Source: Octopus bimaculoides
Taxonomy: Eukaryota
Assembly (NCBI RefSeq): GCF_001194135.2
Contig: NC_068989.1
Coordinates: 59,618,324-59,662,866 of the forward strand
Direction: 5' to 3'
DNA: 44,543 nt
Part shown: piece by piece, positions 11,185 through 23,859 of the stretch
How positions within the stretch are numbered: position 1 is the first letter of the stretch
Layout: each line of letters starts with the position of its first letter
Notes under the pieces: model-generated
The model's input: the letters and a program-made list of their open reading frames with translations, nothing else
What the model was told of the DNA's origin: nothing
Database searches by the model: none
Made by a program: the position numbers and the translations under genes

Positions 11185-11880
11185 GATGCATTCGATTATT
11201 CACAATCACTTTTCACCTCATCTATGTCATTAAATCGTTGTCCTCCTATTCTGCCTATCATTGAATCGAATAGGTAGAATTTGGAAGGCACCAAACCCGG
11301 ACCGTACGATGGAGAGGGGACCACTGACCAGCTCAATTTGCCGATTGCCTGATTTATTGTCACGGTGACTGTGGATCGATATCCGATTTTTGTTCTGTCT
11401 CTTCTTCCTAATAGCTTCTCTTAATCTTTCTGAGTGTTACAATGTACCACACGCTGTTCACAGTACAACCACGTTCCAGAAATTCAAGGAAAATGATGCC
11501 CTTGTCACTACGAATGTCTGTCTCTTGAACTTTTTAGGTACTGGAGAAGAGGTGTGATGCCATTCCATGGACGAGTCCTTTCTTTCCAGTCATAAAGATA
11601 CGCCCACGTTTCATTCCCTGTCACCAGATTGGCAAAAAAAAAAAAAAAGAAAAACGTATCTTTATTGGTTTCAAACGCTTTCGGCAGGTCAGAACAGGCT
11701 TCCGTCAAATCGGGTGTCAACTGCCTAAATACTCACTTTGCACACACTTTCTGATATCCCAAATTTCCCAGCATCTTCTGTAATGTAATGTGACCACCAA
11801 ACTGTGACTCGTCTGTCCTCGCGAATCACTTCGTCCGCTCGTTAATGATTCGTGTCACTGGTCGCAGGTGATAGTGTCCC
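11185..11880 (-). mobile_element. Mariner transposase relic (catalytic region to C-terminus)
   Basis: LVTGNETWAYLYD (first-Asp motif), MEWHHTSSPVPKKF, and a decayed C-terminal motif WSVVPSPSYGPGLVPSKFYLF (compare WEVLPHPPYSPDLAPSDFHLF). Confidence 0.8.
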
Positions 11881-12427
11881 ACTGCGCGTGTGTGAATGTG
11901 TGTGTGCATCTATCTATCTATCTATCTATCTATCTATGTTTGTTTACTTGAAGATCGCATTTATTTAGAAATCCTTCCAGTCAACTGAAGTAAATATGCC
12001 TTACCGAGGAAAGCTATTACATCGAAACCTGTCCACTATGTTCACCAACTGATTTTAAAAGCAACCTCCACTTCTAACTGTGCTGTCTTTTTACTTTACA
12101 AATACTTCAGTTTGGTTGATATTAACAGAGTTATTTCCCTTAGACGTTGTTTTTGATTTTGGATATTCCAGAGGGAGTTTCTATCAACTGATTTCATGGA
12201 TAATCTTAGATAATCATATTTGAACTCTAGCGTACATGGCTGAGACTCTAGTGTACACGGCTGAGATACAATTCCTTAGATCTATTCGACTGGGGCTGTT
12301 CTATGGTTAAAGAACAATAAAAACAATTAAACTCGAATCAAATAGAGACCCTCTGCACGGTCGATCACCCTTCTAGCTAGAAATAGCAACTAAATCTCTC
12401 TCTACTCAAACCATATTATCTAAATAT

Positions 12428-12808
12428 GTTGTTGGCACTCCGTCGCTTACGACGTCGAGGGTTCCAGTTGATCCGATCAACGGAACAGCCTGCTCGTGAA
12501 ATTAACGTGCAAATGGCTGAGCACTCCACAGACACGTGTACCCTTAACGTAGTTCTCGGGGATATTCAGCGTGACAATGTGACAAGGCTGACCCTTTGAA
12601 TTACAGGTACAACAGAAACAGGAAGAAAAAGTGAGAGAAAGTTGTGGTGAAAGAGTACAGCAGGGTTCGCCACCATCCCCTGCCGGAGCCTCGTGGAGCT
12701 TTAGGTGTTTTCGCTCAATAAACACTCACAACGCCGGTCTGGGAATCGAAAGCGCGATCCTATGACCGCGAGTTCGCTGTCCTAACCACTGGACCATTGC
12801 GCCTCCAC
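12428..12808 (-). mobile_element. SINE family C (tRNA-Arg-like head), full length with TSD
   Basis: Head GTGGAGGCGCAATGGTCCAGTGGTTAGG..CTCGCGGTCATAGGATCGCGCTTTCGATTCC; short CAA-type tail; 13-bp TSD ATTATCTAAATAT at 12415-12427 and 12809-12821. Confidence 0.92.
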
Positions 12809-13596
12809 ATTATCTAAATATAAATACAAAACAAAGGGCACATTGCATTATGTAGTCCGAGCAATATTGTATTAGAATAAAGACAGGATAATCAGTTTCA
12901 TAATCATAGGTCTACACGGACTTAGTTCGGCTAAGGCAAAATAACAACAATGGTAGCAGCAGCAGCTACTACTACTACTACTATTAACAGGACGGTGACA
13001 CGTACATGACGCTTGTGATTCCCCACTAAGTGGAGAGGCTTATCTCAGGTAGGTAGACACGTGGGCAGGAAGTGAAGGGTAGGTAAGTAGAGGAGCTGGC
13101 AGGTAGTAAGGTAAATGTAATTAGTGCAGCCTAATTGAGAATCTCGGCCGAGACTAGAGGTAATACCTTGGCCTAACGGATCAGCGATTAATAAGATTTA
13201 CGTATTCTAGTCTTTCAATTTGACTGCCGCACCAGCGTATGTCAGGCTTATGGCACAATTAAACCACTGCACGATGGTGACGATGATGATGATGATGACG
13301 ACGACGGCGGTGGTGGCAGCGGCGGCGGTGGCAGCGGCGGCGGTGGCAGCGGCGGCGGTGGCAGAGGCGGTGGTGGTACCGGCGGTGGTGGTGTTGTCCG
13401 TCTTGGTAAATTCATGTCTCATTCATTTGTGTTTAAATTTATTTACTAATTAGTTCTCAAATTGAAATCTTTATGAGATTGTATAAAGAGCGGAAACAAT
13501 ACATCGCGTGCGTGCGCACACGCATGCACACATGTATATACACAAATACATATGTATGTGTATATACACATGCATATATGTGTGTGTATGTGTGCG

Positions 13597-13644
<48 letters not shown>

Positions 13645-13718
13645 ACACATATAGTATATATGTGTATTAGCGTGTATGTATGTGTGTGTGTGTGTGTAGA
13701 ATATGTATAAATCACATA

Positions 13719-14264
13719 TGAGGGAGGACAGAAAAGTTCATAGGCTGACTATGAAAGAATGATGCTTGAGCCGTGAAATTTTCAACTCTTCTTATTAGTA
13801 ACTGTATTGTTTCTTTGTTGGTAAACTCATATCTGACTGATCAAAGAAGTCTTCAAAGGTAGCTTCAATGGCATCTCTTGAAATTCGACAAAACCTGGCA
13901 TTGTTGTGTTATCAAGTATCTGCGGAAAAAAAGGGGTTAGCTGACATTTATGCTGACATGATTGCTACATTAAGGGATGACGTCCCAGATTTATCAACAA
14001 TGCAAAAGTGGACAGCTAAATTTAGGAGGTAAAGGGAGCGTTTTGAAGATGACCCAACATCTGAACGTCCTGCAACTGTCACCATCGAGGATCAAATCAG
14101 GCAATCGGCAAATTGAGCTGGTCAGTGGTCCCCTCTCCATCGTACGGTCCGGGTTTGGTGCCTTCCAAATTCTACCTATTCGATTCAATGATAGGCAGAA
14201 TTAGAAGACAACGATTTAATGACATAGATGAGGTGAAAAGTGATTGTGGATAATCGAGTGCATC
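13719..14264 (+). mobile_element. Chimeric mariner relic: TIR and N-terminal HTH joined to a C-terminal segment
   Basis: TA followed by TGAGGGAGGACAGAAAAGTTC TIR; translation LSTMQKWTAKFRR..RFEDDPTSERPATVT; then a 171-bp block 97% identical to the inverse of 11185-11355. Confidence 0.8.
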
Positions 14265-15332
14265 AGTACATATCTTAATTTTTCAAAGATTCAGGAGTTG
14301 CACAAATGGAGTTTCAAAGATTCAGGATTTGCACAGATGGAGACTGTGTTAGGTATTACCTTTGTATAGAGGAAGAGTTACTTGGTGGTGGTAGTGGTAT
14401 TTAATCCCAAGTCGTCTCTAATCAATCACTTGTCTGATCTTGACGTTCCAGTTCTAACCAATTCGTCCTTTATTCAGACATGGTATAATCTGTTCTTAGT
14501 TATTCAATGTGCCCTCCGTTTTAAGACAGTTGACTGCTGTTTTTGGAAGGTCGGCTGACTGCGTAGCGGATCCTCTCTTGCTATTTAACTATAGAGTTTT
14601 TTATATCTATTCAAGAAGAAATCTATATTTTGAATGATAAATAAAATTGTTTCTGTTAAGATGAAATTAAATTTCTTATTCAAACAATTCTATACTTATA
14701 ATTAATCAATCTATATTTCTAATTAATTAACTCTATGATCCTGAACTGCTTTATAAAAACGGTCGTGGTAGTTATTGTATTAAAAGGAAATGGTTCTAGT
14801 TTGATGTAAATATGAAATGTGAAGATAACTGTTAAACCCAGTATTTGCAAAATAAATTCACAGTTGCAAAAAGTGCTTTCAGTTTGAAGGTTCTAATCAC
14901 TGCTTGCTTTATATTGTAAGATCTCTGAATGTTTCAAAGCTGAGGAAAATAAGTAAATCATATAAATGTGCAGGAAGTTGCAGTTAAGTTTGTATAATCC
15001 CGGTGTAGCTTAATTTTGATGCAGTTATGAATGGATGTGAAGATGTTCATTTATTTATAGCTTTATTAATAAGCCTTAGTAGAAAATCCTGTCGATAAGT
15101 TAAGATAGAAATTACTTAAGTTGACCTCTTTTTTGCATCACTTTTCCAAATATATGTCTGATTCGAAAATTAAGTTTATATTCCCCTGTTCTATGAACGC
15201 TGGAAAATAAAAGGTAAAGGTTGACAGTTACGTCAAAATTTCAGCTTTCTTGCCTTCGTCAAACTTTTACCTTGTAAAAGTTTAATAAAGATGTTCGCTG
15301 CTAAAAGTAGTAAGTAATGGTTCAGTTTAATA

Positions 15333-16085
15333 TTGGTTTCAAATGTTGGCACAAAGCCAAGCGACGACTAAATTGAGCCCAGTGTTCAACTAGCACTTAC
15401 TTCATCGACCCCGAAAAGATGAAATGCAGAGCTGAGCTCGGCGGAATTGTAACTCAGAACGTCAGGACGGACGAAATGCTGCTCATCATTTTTGTCGGTG
15501 TACTAACGATTCAGCCAGCTCGTCGCCTAAATTTCAAATGTTTGACACAAGGCCAGCAAGTTCGGGGAATGGGTTAAGTCGATTACATCGACCCAATGTT
15601 CCACTGGTACTTATCCTATCGACCTAGAAAGGCAAAGTTGGCCTCGGCGGAATTTGAACTAAGAACGTAAGTACGGACGAACTACCGCCAAGCATTTTGC
15701 CCGGCGTGCTAACGATTCTGCCAGCCCGCTGCCTTTCCCTTCAATTTAATATTAGTTTCAAATTCGACTGTCTTTTACGTTCTGAGTTCAAATTCCGCCG
15801 AGGTCGACTTTGCTTTTGTCCTTTCGGGGTCGATAAATTAAGTACCAGTTGCGTACTGGGTCGATCTAATCGACTAGCTCCTTTCCCAAAAATTTTGGGC
15901 CTTGTGCCTAGAGTAGAAAAGAATATTAGTTTCAAATTTTGGCACAAGGTCAGCAAGTCCGGGGGAGGGAATGAGTCGATTACATTGACCCCAGTGTTTA
16001 ACTGGTACTTATTTTATCGACCCCGAAAGGATGAAAGCCAAAGTTAACTTCGGTGGAATTTGAACTCAGAACGTAAAGAAGGACA
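15333..16085. mobile_element. Cluster of four SINE family B copies (-,-,+,-)
   Basis: Copies at about 15333-15528 (-), 15529-15734 (-), 15765-15921 (+), 15939-16085 (-). All share TTTACGTTCTGAGTTCAAATTCCGCCGAGGTCGACTTTGCCTTTCATCC-like blocks. The central block resembles the Meta domain of MetaSINEs (from memory, unverified). Confidence 0.9.
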
Positions 16086-17721
16086 TTCCCTCAATTCAAT
16101 ATTAAATTCTTTTGCCATAAAAACAAACATCAATGCATATATATATATATATATATATATTATTTAAAGCAAAACCCCTTTGCCAACAGTTAACTGTTGG
16201 TGGATTCGTCAACATCCAAATTATTTGCTAATGAAGGTTGTTTTAACTGTTGCAACATCTCAACTCATCTAAAAGTGATTTTAGAACGCTTCTCATTTTC
16301 CAGATTCGGCGTAATTTTACTCTGTATCACATAAACTTGTTGCATGTCTTGTACTTGGTTGCGTGACGTGAAATAGAAAGAGAGCTGTTTATCGTAAATA
16401 CTAGCATTTAAGAAAATGGTGATTCTAATCGTATATAAATTATAGAAAAGTGTTTCTCAATGAAGTTATGATGGTACTTGTAATGAAATCATTGGTGAAG
16501 TGTTTTGTTGGCAGAATTCCCTTGGAAAGAGCTCTGTCTATTCAACAAAGTAAATCACTCAGCGGTGATTGTTTCACAAATCGTTAATAAATCAACCATG
16601 AAATCAATTAGCAACACAAAAAAAAATATTCCGTAGCTGTTTTATTAGTTTATAAACCAAACACTATACAACGGTACTGCTAAATCTGGCAAAAAATCAA
16701 AAGTTATATAGATTTGTAGTAATCTTGTATTTCATATTCTGGAGAGATGTTAATTCAGGTGAAGTATAATCTCATGACATCTGATTTGTCGAATTCACAC
16801 TATTCCGTATCGTTTTAAGTTACTTTATGGTAATTCATATTTCCAAAAGTTATCAAACACGAAAAATAACATTACGAAATTCTTCTTGAAATTAAAATCT
16901 ATTAGTGATTTTTCTTCAGATTACATTCAATAATATAAATGCCTGAGGTTGCTTCATAGAACCATCTTTGGAAACAAAATATTTTCAATTAATTGTCATT
17001 TCGCGTCAGCTATTAATATATAATTTCCTGACATAATACGAACGTATATAATTAAATCATTAATTTAAGAAAACATGAATATTGTTTGTCCGCATTTAAA
17101 CAGATAACCTTCCGATTTCAATATTTCTAAGCTTTCCCACAAGTCTCCGAGAAAAGCAAATAATTTTACAAGCCTTATACGAAATATTAAAATAATAATA
17201 GATCAACAAAATAGTTAACGAAAAACAAGTGAAATCTGTTTGTTTGTTGTTTATTTTATTGGCTAATTAATTTGGGAATTGCTTAATTTAGGCTTTGAAT
17301 TTGATATAATGATTTCTAATGAAGACACGAACTAAAGTTTGTAGGAAACACAGTGTGTAGTCTGTTATACTGAATCAGAATATTACTGGTGTTAAGTTTA
17401 TTGACAATTAAGCGAAGGAAAAAAAGAGTGGGATGCAATAATATTTGAACAGAATCACAGTTTCTGCAATTTTCAACAGAACAATAGGAAATTGGTTAAA
17501 GAAACAAATATCAATTAAGAAGTGATTGTTAGATTATTCAGATATATAATTAGTTAAGGTGAGTCTAACAGTAAATGTAGACTACAATCACTTCTAGTGT
17601 AAGTGTATTAGAAGTGGCTGTAGTCTATATTTACTCTTAGGATCAACTTTTATAGACATACATATATATATGGTTCAAATTGATTAATATCCATTTCTAC
17701 CCTCATAAATAAATTTATATA

Positions 17722-17770
<49 letters not shown>

Positions 17771-17799
17771 TAAATCTCTGAGCGAGATATAAACAGTAC

Positions 17800-18050
17800 T
17801 AATACGGAATCGTAACATATAATTGCCAACCAAGTGTGGCGTCCTATACGGGACAGTGCTATTGACATTTATAACCCCAGGAAGACATCTCTTGCAGCTG
17901 GTTAACGACGCACATTCTGTATCCGATTAGTATTTGCGAGAGGAGGTCATCGCTCTCATCTCTAGCCTTACGTGATACACACGGACTCGAGTTTCTGGTT
18001 GGTTACCCGTCCTCGGCGTGTGTTAATCACCAGCTAGTGATAAATTCTTT
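17800..18050. repeat. Unclassified interspersed repeat
   Basis: TAACCCCAGGAAGACATCTCTTGCAGCTGGTTAACGACGCA has a diverged inverse relative at about 39640-39700. Confidence 0.45.
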
Positions 18051-18189
18051 ATGATCAAATGAGCTAACATAGAGGGAGACAGCACAGGACGTTACAAACA
18101 TATAATGTTCATGAGTTCATTTAGTTTATGCTGTTAAAAATATAGAACGATATATATTTGTGATGAGTGTTAATTACAATGAATTATTA

Positions 18190-19885
18190 CACATTTTGGC
18201 CGGGAAGTCCACCGGCTACACCGTAAGAGCTTATTATGGATTAAAGCAGGGTCATTTGTACCCAACTTCCTCACCACATCCTTCCATCTTTTCCCGTATA
18301 TGCTTCGTGACAGGCGTCCCTTCTCCAGCCCTATCTTGCTCTTCAGATGACATCTGAAATAGTACAGCAAACCAGGGCCGGAGATGATGGCGCCTGTTGC
18401 GACTCCTTTCATCCTCGTTTTCCATATGCACTCTTTCAAAACTGCAACTGTGCATAACAAATATGCCTCCCCTTCCTTTGACAGTCCGGGTGGTGGTACA
18501 ATCTTAATCATACACTCAGCCAAAAGCTATACTCTTCCTAAATGTGACAGCACGTGCTCCGCGTAAACTATCAAGCCCGAAATCTTCGGACACTGAACAA
18601 GAGCGTGCAAAACAGTTTCATCATCCCGCCCGCACCTTGGGCATGCCGGTGGCACAGACACCCCATGTCTAGACAGTTTATCACGAACAGGTAAATCGCT
18701 CCTATAGCACTGCCAGGTCAGGGATTTCTGGTAGTTATCCAGGTACCCTGACCCGAAAATTCTTTTAAACAGGTTAGCTAGTTGGTCCTCATCGAGTCCC
18801 AGAGCTTCTCCCAGGACGTCATCCCTCTTGAACTCTACCAGCCCGCTATAGAGTACCGAGGTGGTATTCCCACTGCCGGCCTTGCTCGCCTTGTGGATTA
18901 ACACGAGTGCCTGTCGGCACTCTTTGCCATTCACTCAGATTCCGTCTTTTCATGAGACAGGGTTTGAATTCCTCCAAGGAGGCCAGTCGTGGAAAGAATG
19001 TCTCTGCTAGCGAATTCCATACCTGGTCACCCTCCAGGTAGAGCCAGAGGTGCCTCAGCCTCAGTGCATGTCTGCGCATTATCAGCCATGGCATCCCTAA
19101 CCCACCCTTTAGCGGTTTTTGGCAGCAGGCAGAGCGCCTCGCAAGCGGTTTTCCTCCCTTCCACAAAAAGCGAAAGAGGAGGCGTTCCCACTTGTTTAGC
19201 CACGAATCAGGGCAAGGGACAACGGTCAGACGATAGGTGATAGATGCAATATACACCTGCACCATCTCCGCCCTCCCTTTCAGGGATAGCGCTCTTCCAG
19301 ACCAGGTCCGGATTAGAGCCGCCACCCTGTCTGTCACCTCACTCCAATTCTTCTCTGCCTGGGAATCCGGTTCAAACCAGACTCCAAGCAATTTAACTGG
19401 ACCTTCCGTCCAATGTCCCGTAACATTGGACGGTATCGTCTTGCCACTCCAGGTACCGAGCCGCAAGCTGATGGACTTGTTCTTATTAATTTTTACCCAT
19501 GCCACCGCCTGATAACCTTTGATTGCCTCTTCTACACAAGGTAGCTAAGCTTCATCAGTTACGCTGATGGTGACGCCATCCACGTAAGCAGAAACAGCCT
19601 TACCACATCCCAATTCATTGGGGATGCCTCCCAAATTCTCCAACCTCCACAGCAATGGCTCAAGAGCCATTACGTACAGAAGCGGAGACAGCAGGCATCC
19701 CTGACGAACGGAGCGCTCGATCTTAAACGGCACCGACAGGTAACCGTTTATCTGAATTGTAGATTTGATGCCGCCATAAATAGCAGTGATCCAGCCACGG
19801 AAGTCTGGGCCCAGCCCAGCTGCCTCGAGGACTGCTGCCAGGTACTGGTGGTCTACCCTATCAAAAGCTTTACTCTGGTCTAAAT
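18190..19885 (-). mobile_element. 5'-truncated, frameshifted L1/Tx1-clade LINE (RT and C-terminal zinc finger)
   Basis: LDQSKAFDRVDH, SVRQGCLLSPLLY, decayed YADD (AYVDG), INKNKS, VKLLGVWF, LSLKGRA, GGLGMP, and zf-RVT CPRCGRDDETVLHALVQCP. Confidence 0.93.
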
Positions 19886-21168
19886 GGAGAATTATTTCGT
19901 CATTTCTCAGTGTTAGTGTTGACAGTTCTTTTGCTGTACTCTCGTGAGCGAATTACGCTTCCACTGTAGCGCTTCTTATATCGCGTTCGACATATTTTAT
20001 TTTATTCCATATGGGTTGCATACACTTCTCAATTACTTCATTTTTGACAGACATTATTGATTTTTCCTTAAGACTGTACGCCTTATAGACCACAGTCTTG
20101 GCAGCTATATTCTGTAGTATATCTTGGGGAGGGAGCAATTCCGCATCATTCCCTGTTTTCTTTATCATATTCCGATATCTAAACAATTCCGCCACAGATA
20201 CATTCAAATTCACCTCACCGCTGCAAACGGCAACCGAAAAACTGGTTCCGTCCCTCTGAACCCGCTTCGTACCTTCTTCCTCGCCCTCCCTCACCCCCAC
20301 CCCCNNNNNNNNNNNNNNNNNNNNNNNNNNNNNNNNNNNNNNNNNNNNNNNNNNNNNNNNNNNNNNNNNNNNNNNNNNNNNNNNNNNNNNNNNNNNNNNN
20401 NNNNNNNNNNNNNNNNNNNNNNNNNNNNNNNNNNNNNNNNNNNNNNNNNNNNNNNNNNNNNNNNNNNNNNNNNNNNNNNNNNNNNNNNNNNNNNNNNNNN
20501 NNNNNNNNNNNNNNNNNNNNNNNNNNNNNNNNNNNNNNNNNNNNNNNNNNNNNNNNNNNNNNNNNNNNNNNNNNNNNNNNNNNNNNNNNNNNNNNNNNNN
20601 NNNNNNNNNNNNNNNNNNNNNNNNNNNNNNNNNNNNNNNNNNNNNNNNNNNNNNNNNNNNNNNNNNNNNNNNNNNNNNNNNNNNNNNNNNNNNNNNNNNN
20701 NNNNNNNNNNNNNNNNNNNNNNNNNNNNNNNNNNNNNNNNNNNNNNNNNNNNNNNNNNNNNNNNNNNNNNNNNNNNNNNNNNNNNNNNNNNNNNNNNNNN
20801 NNNNNNNNNNNNNNNNNNNNNNNNNNNNNNNNNNNNNNNNNNNNNNNNNNNNNNNNNNNNNNNNNNNNNNNNNNNNNNNNNNNNNNNNNNNNNNNNNNNN
20901 NNNNNNNNNNNNNNNNNNNNNNNNNNNNNNNNNNNNNNNNNNNNNNNNNNNNNNNNNNNNNNNNNNNNNNNNNNNNNNNNNNNNNNNNNNNNNNNNNNNN
21001 NNNNNNNNNNNNNNNNNNNNNNNNNNNNNNNNNNNNNNNNNNNNNNNNNNNNNNNNNNNNNNNNNNNNNNNNNNNNNNNNNNNNNNNNNNNNNNNNNNNN
21101 NNNNNNNNNNNNNNNNNNNNNNTAAGAAACACACATACGCGCGCGCACGCACGCACACACACACATAC

Positions 21169-21217
<49 letters not shown>

Positions 21218-21629
21218 AAAAGAAAGGCATTCCTCCATTTTCTCCTTTTTCATTTTCAAAATTGTTCAGTTGGCAAAACTGAATAAACATATATTTTATA
21301 AATTCTTACTTATAATTCATTCGGTCATCTTAAATTATAAAAATAGGGAGTCAATGTGGATACTGAAACGTTTGTACGTCGATCATTAGATCTACAACTA
21401 TATTTGTTGTGTTCATAACATTAAATAAATATCAGTGTATGACATTATATTTCTAACGACCATAACATAATGTATTTGTATTTTATTTGTTGTTGCTCAT
21501 AAACAAATAATTACTCATATCTAATTTCGGGCTAATTAAAATGTGGACAGGATTATTCAATGAAATTAAAACACGCTTCTAAGAATGTCTTGGATTTTCC
21601 CAATTTAAAACACCACTAGCCAAAAATAT

Positions 21630-21845
21630 TTTTTCTTCTTTTTCTACTCTAGACACGAAATTTTGTGAGAGGAGGCCAGTCGATTAGACCGATCCCAGTG
21701 CGTAACTGGTACTCATCTTATTGACCCCGAAAGGATGAAAGGTAGAGTTAACCTCGGCGGAATTTGAACTCAGAACGTAAAGTCAGACGAAATACCGCTA
21801 AGCATTTCGCCCGGCATGCTAACGTTTCTAGCAGCTCGTTGCCTT
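21630..21845 (-). mobile_element. SINE family B, full length
   Basis: Reverse complement of the family B consensus seen at 34277-34495. Confidence 0.9.
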
Positions 21846-22657
21846 AGCACTAGCCGAAAATATTACTGAAAATATGTTGTTATTGGAGGTACACTGGAAA
21901 TCTAAACAGATATCATAATTAGCATAACTGCAAACGAAAACAAAATTGACCAAAACGAATGCATAAACCTGACATCTGTCAGGTGTTTTTGAAATAAATA
22001 TTGAAAAATATATTTCCTGTCTTTGATTCAATATGATTGTTATCTAAAGTATTTATTTCTAATGATATTTTTCTATCGAGTTTTTGGTGAAAAAGAATAA
22101 AAAGCATATGCCCCTATTTTATTCCATTTTCTCAAATTATAACAATTCTATAGCCAAGCCACAAAGAATGTTGCCGATATAGTTTGAAGATAACAATGAA
22201 GTTTTACAAAATGTTACGAGGAACTCTTTTCACTTTTATAATAAGTAAAGGAAAAAAATAACGTTTCTCTCAACGAAGACTAATTCTATAAACAGAACAA
22301 ACTTTAAACACCACCCCCACGGCTTTTGATTGCTTTTTAACGGGGGCTACTTCTTTGCAAGCATCTGAGCAAGGTTTCTGCTACGATTCTCAGAGGCTGA
22401 GCAAAGGATTATGGGTGCTGTCCTTCTTCCTTTTTCACCGAAACGAAAACAAAAATGTATATAAGGTGTAACGGGCCGTATATTAAGAGATTTTTGTTTC
22501 TGAAAATCTTTGTTTCTAGAAATGTCAATAACATACAAAAATCACAATGACTAGAATTTCGTTTGTATAAGCAAATTCAAATTTCATTAGAAATTAAGAA
22601 TTAAAGTTTCAGTGGCATCTGACATGAAAATACAACACTCATTTGTCAGCTATGTCA

Positions 22658-23039
22658 GTGGTGGTGGTGGTGGCACTCCATCGCTTACGACGTAGAGGGT
22701 TCCAGTCGATCCGATCAACGGAACAGCCTGCTCGTGAAATTAACATGCAAGTGGCTGAGCACTCCACAGACACGTGTACCCTTAACGTAGTCCTTGGGTA
22801 GATTCAACGTGACACAGTGTGGGAGAACGCTGAACCTTAGAAATACAGGTGCAACAGAAACAGGAAGAAAGAGTGAGAGAAAGTTGTGGTGAAAGAATAC
22901 AGCAGGGTTCACCACCATCCCCTGCCGGAGCCTAGGTGTTTTCGCTCAATAAACACTGACAACGCCCGGTCTGGGAATCGAAACTGCGATCCTATGACCG
23001 CGAGTCTGCTGCCCTAACCACTGGGCCATTGTGCCTCCA
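22658..23039 (-). mobile_element. SINE family C, full length with TSD
   Basis: Near-identical to 12428-12808; (CCA)n tail; 15-bp TSD TTGTCAGCTATGTCA at 22643-22657 and 23040-23054. Confidence 0.92.
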
Positions 23040-23509
23040 TTGTCAGCTATGTCACATTTGAGATAACAAATGTTCGATACTGTTCTCCTTAGTATATCCT
23101 ACCTTATTATTCATACAATTGTACAAGTAAAAATTGCTACATGTACTAGCTGAAGGACGTCACCCAATATAATCCACAAAGAAATGTTTCCTCTTAACAT
23201 TTGTAAGACGAACGGACAGCAGGATCTCATACATCGTACATTGCAGCCATACTTTACAGAGTTTAGATATCTTGTCTGTCATTTCAATTAGTAAATCTAG
23301 GCAATGTCTTCTATATAAACAGGATGTCTTTCAAATTATGTTGCTGCATGTTCACGATATTATCTATATCTGATGACATCTATTGATCGTTTCAAAATAG
23401 GATTTGTGCTGAAAATTGCTTTTAAGTCCCCTATACATTCAAATTCTTTTGAAATGTAAATATGGAGTATGCTTTCAACAGATCCTGATTGACTCTTCGT
23501 ACAGAAACT

Positions 23510-23800
23510 TCATTCTCTCGTTAACATTGGGGTTACTAATATGCTGAAACAAGTTTGTTTCGAGAATTTCAAGTTTATGCGAACTAAGTCATGTTTGAGG
23601 TTATTTTTGTGCCGTGCTCGCTTTGATAATTGTATAATGTTGTGGTCGGAAATAGTTGTGAGAATCACCTGAACATTGTGAATGAAGTTTGCATTAGTGG
23701 TAAAGACTAGGTCGAGTATATTATTTCCCCTAGCTAGATGAGTAATGATTTGTTGTATGAGGAAGTCTTTGTTGGTATTGAAAAGAGCATTCATATCTCC
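23510..23800 (-). mobile_element. Old LINE apurinic-endonuclease fragment (CR1/L2/Jockey-like)
   Basis: Translation ARGNNILDLVFT...TISDHNII is the typical APE C-terminal motif. Confidence 0.75.
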
Positions 23801-23859
23801 TGTTCAGTTGTTTAATTTCAGTTCTATATTTAAGAGATGAGGAATTATGTACATTATTT

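Noticed and set aside
11185-11355. The 171-bp duplicated block as a novel MITE or ncRNA
   Set aside because: It translates to a decayed mariner C-terminus and has no TIRs or TSD.
13045-13160. Several splice-donor-like AGGTA(A/G)GT motifs, TAATT sites and palindrome TCTCGGCCGAGA
   Set aside because: Short motifs in a GTAG-rich degenerate repeat; not distinguishable from chance.
13207-13453. Poly-Ala/Thr ORFs resembling low-complexity transcription-factor exons
   Set aside because: They arise from the GC-rich triplet repeat on both strands, with no domain or convincing splice context.
9316-23380. Other CTGANGA heptamers (about 9317, 18341 minus, 19706, 23371) as hammerheads
   Set aside because: No adjacent stem II plus GAAA plus NUH arrangement.
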